From assembly GCA_964016885.1 (NCBI GenBank), contig OZ024743.1, positions 137,206,001-137,270,000 on the forward strand: a stretch of 64,000 nt of DNA, read 5' to 3'. Positions within the stretch are counted from its first letter, which is position 1. Every line of letters starts with the position of its first letter. Source of the stretch: Eledone cirrhosa. Its lineage: Eukaryota. This document shows, in pieces, positions 61,901-64,000 of this stretch. Both the position numbers and the translations under genes were made by a program. The notes under the pieces were generated by a model. It saw only the letters and a program-made list of their open reading frames with translations, ran no database searches and was not told where the DNA came from.

Positions 61901-63890
61901 CCAAGCACCAAGCACCAAACACCAAGCACCAATCACCAAGCACCAAACACCAAGCAGCAAGCAGCAAGCACCAAACACCAAACACCAAGAACCAAGCACC
62001 AAGCACCAAGCACCGAACACCAAGCACATTACACAAAGCACCAAACACCAAGCACCAAGTACCAAACACCAAGCACCAAACACCAAGCACCAAGAACCAA
62101 GCAGCAAACACCAAGCACCAGGCACCAAGCACCAAACACCAAGCACCATGCACCAAGCACCAAGCCCCAAACACTTAAAACCAAGCACCAAGCACCAAGC
62201 ACCAAACTCCAATCACCAAAAACCAAACACCAAGCACCAAGTACCAAACACCAAGCACCAAGCACCAAACACCAAGCACCAAGCACCAATCACCAAACAC
62301 CAAGAACCAAGCACCAAACACCAAGCACCAAGCACCAAGCACCAGGCACCAAGCACCAAGCACCAAACACAAAACACCAAGCACCAAGCACCAAGCAGCA
62401 AACACCAAGCATCAAACACCAAACACCAAACACCAAGCACCAAACACCAAGCACCAAGCACCAAACACCAAACACCAAGCCCCAAGCACCAAGCACCAAA
62501 TACCAAACACCAAGTACCAAGCACCAAACACCAAGCACCAAGCACCAAGCACCTAGCACCAAACACCAAACACAAAGCACCAAGCACCAAACACCAAGCA
62601 CCAATCACCAAGCACCAAACACCAAGCAGCAAGCAGCAAGCACCAAACACCAAACACCAAGAACCAAGCACCAAGCACCAAGCACCGAACACCAAGCACA
62701 TTACACAAAGCACCAAACACCAAGCACCAAGTACCAAACACCAAGCACCAAACACCAAGCACCAAGAACCAAGCAGCAAACACCAAGCACCAGGCACCAA
62801 GCACCAAACACCAAGCACCATGCACCAAGCACCAAGCCCCAAACACTTAAAACCAAGCACCAAGCACCAAGCACCAAACTCCAATCACCAAAAACCAAAC
62901 ACCAAGCACCAAGTACCAAACACCAAGCACCAAGCACCAAACACCAAGCACCAAGCACCAATCACCAAATACCAAGAACCAAGCACCAAACACCAAGCAC
63001 CAAGCACCAAGCACCAGGCACCAAGCACCAAGCACCAAACACAAAACACCAAGCACCAAGCACCAAGCAGCAAACACCAAGCATCAAACACCAAACACCA
63101 AACACCAAGCACCAAACACCAAGCACCAAGCACCAAACACCAAACACCAAGCACCAAGCACCAAGCACCAAACACCAAACACCAAGCACCAAACATCAGA
63201 TACCAATCACCAAGCACCAAACACCAAACACCAAGCATCAAGCACCAAACACCAAACAACAAGCACCAGGCACCAAGCACCAAACACCAAACACCAAGCA
63301 CCAAGCACCAAACACCAAACACCAAGCATGCAGCATCAAACACCAAGCACCAAGCACCAAGCACCAAACACCAAGCACCATACACCAAACACCAACCACC
63401 AAACACAAAGCACCAAGCACCAAACACCAAGTACCAAGCACCAAACACCAAACACCAAGCACCAAACACCAAACCACAAGCACCAAACACCAAACCCCAA
63501 GCACCAAGCACCAAACACTAATCACCAAGCACCAAGCACCAAACAACAAGCACCAAGCACCAAGCACCAGGCACCAAGCACCAAGCACCAAACACTAATC
63601 ACCAAGCACCAAGCACCAAGCACCAAGCACCAAGCACAAAGCACCAAACACCAAACACCAAGATCCAAAGACCAAGCACCAAGCACGAAGCACCAAGCAC
63701 CAAACAATAAGCACCAAGCACCAAACACCAAGCACCAAGCACCAAACACCAACCACCCAGCACCAAGCACCAAGCACCAAACACCAAGCACCAAACACCA
63801 AACACCAAGCACCAAGGACCAAACATCAAACACCAAGCACCAAGCACCAAACACCTAACACCAAGCACCAAGTACCAAGCACCAAGCACC
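52950..63890. repeat. Nested higher-order repeat block with 7370-bp period, composed of 4942-bp and 2428-bp steps
   Basis: ORF offsets: 53268/60638, 54171/61541, 54778/62148 and 55958/63328 (7370); 53082/58024 (4942); 57272/59700 and 57715/60143 (2428). Marker CACCAAGCGCCAAG at 53591, 58532 and 60961. Confidence 0.88.
54424..55780. repeat. Internal 672-bp (96-monomer) tandem duplication, also copied at ~61794-63150
   Basis: ORFs 54511/55183, 54805/55477 and 61881/62553 are offset 672. CCCCAAG..TACCAAA..TACCAAG marker at 54438 and 55110. Confidence 0.88.
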
Positions 63891-64000
63891 AAACACCAAG
63901 CACCAGGCACCAAGCACCAAAAACCAAGCACCAAGCACCAAACACCAAGCACCAAACACAAAGCACCAAGCACCAAACACCAAACCCCAAGCACCAAACA

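Larger units (their letters stand above)
1..64000. repeat. Heptameric satellite DNA array (CACCAAR)n, minus strand (YTTGGTG)n, running off both window ends
   Basis: Continuous tandem CACCAAG/CACCAAA monomers from first to last base, with scattered variant monomers (CACTAAG, CATCAAA, CAGCAAG, CACCAAT, CCCCAAG, CAACAAG). No inversion or non-repeat insertion seen. The + strand is almost all C/A, with T rare. Confidence 0.99.

Noticed and set aside
204-63997. Hundreds of minus-strand hydrophobic ORFs (WCLVLGA repeats) resembling membrane proteins
   Set aside because: They overlap in all three frames with the same peptide, have no unique domain or frame preference, and follow directly from the stop-free heptamer.
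1-64000. CRISPR array or other repeat-spacer system
   Set aside because: There are no unique spacers and no cas or other genes; the sequence between landmarks is the same heptamer.
1-64000. Canonical telomere tract or strong G-quadruplex/i-motif array
   Set aside because: There is no TTAGGG/TTTAGGG, and the consensus has only GG/CC doublets with 5-nt spacing, so at most weak two-tetrad structures are possible.
1-64000. Bacterial heptamer repeats (cyanobacterial STRR-type) or Chi-site array
   Set aside because: Such repeats are normally short tracts among genes, whereas this is 64 kb with no gene. The minus strand reads GCTTGGTG, not the E. coli Chi sequence GCTGGTGG.
1-64000. Embedded transposon, inversion or RNA gene
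   Set aside because: No departure from the heptamer longer than a few variant monomers and no strand switch were seen. The near absence of T on the + strand precludes extended hairpins.

Overview
The whole 64-kb window is one uninterrupted, single-orientation satellite array of the heptamer CACCAAR (CACCAAG/CACCAAA; minus strand YTTGGTG), about 9,100 monomers. I see no unique sequence, gene, RNA gene, transposon or CRISPR array. Every ORF in the track is a by-product of a stop-free 7-mer, giving HQ[AT]P[SN]TK on + and WCLV[LF]G[AV] on - in all frames. The array is not a simple microsatellite. The G/A state of position 7 and recurrent rare variant monomers act as a barcode revealing nested higher-order structure: a 77-bp spacing, a ~1-2 kb ancestral module in at least three lineages, and young kb-scale duplications (offsets 3227/3228, 3827, 3562/3534, 2937, 10528/10507, 5010-5031, 7370, 4942, 2428, 672 bp). 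Each offset equals a whole number of monomers adjusted by the 1-bp register slips visible inside it. Boundaries are approximate, read by eye from marker motifs and ORF-track offsets. The source organism cannot be determined; a eukaryotic heterochromatic (centromeric, pericentromeric or subtelomeric) origin is an inference.
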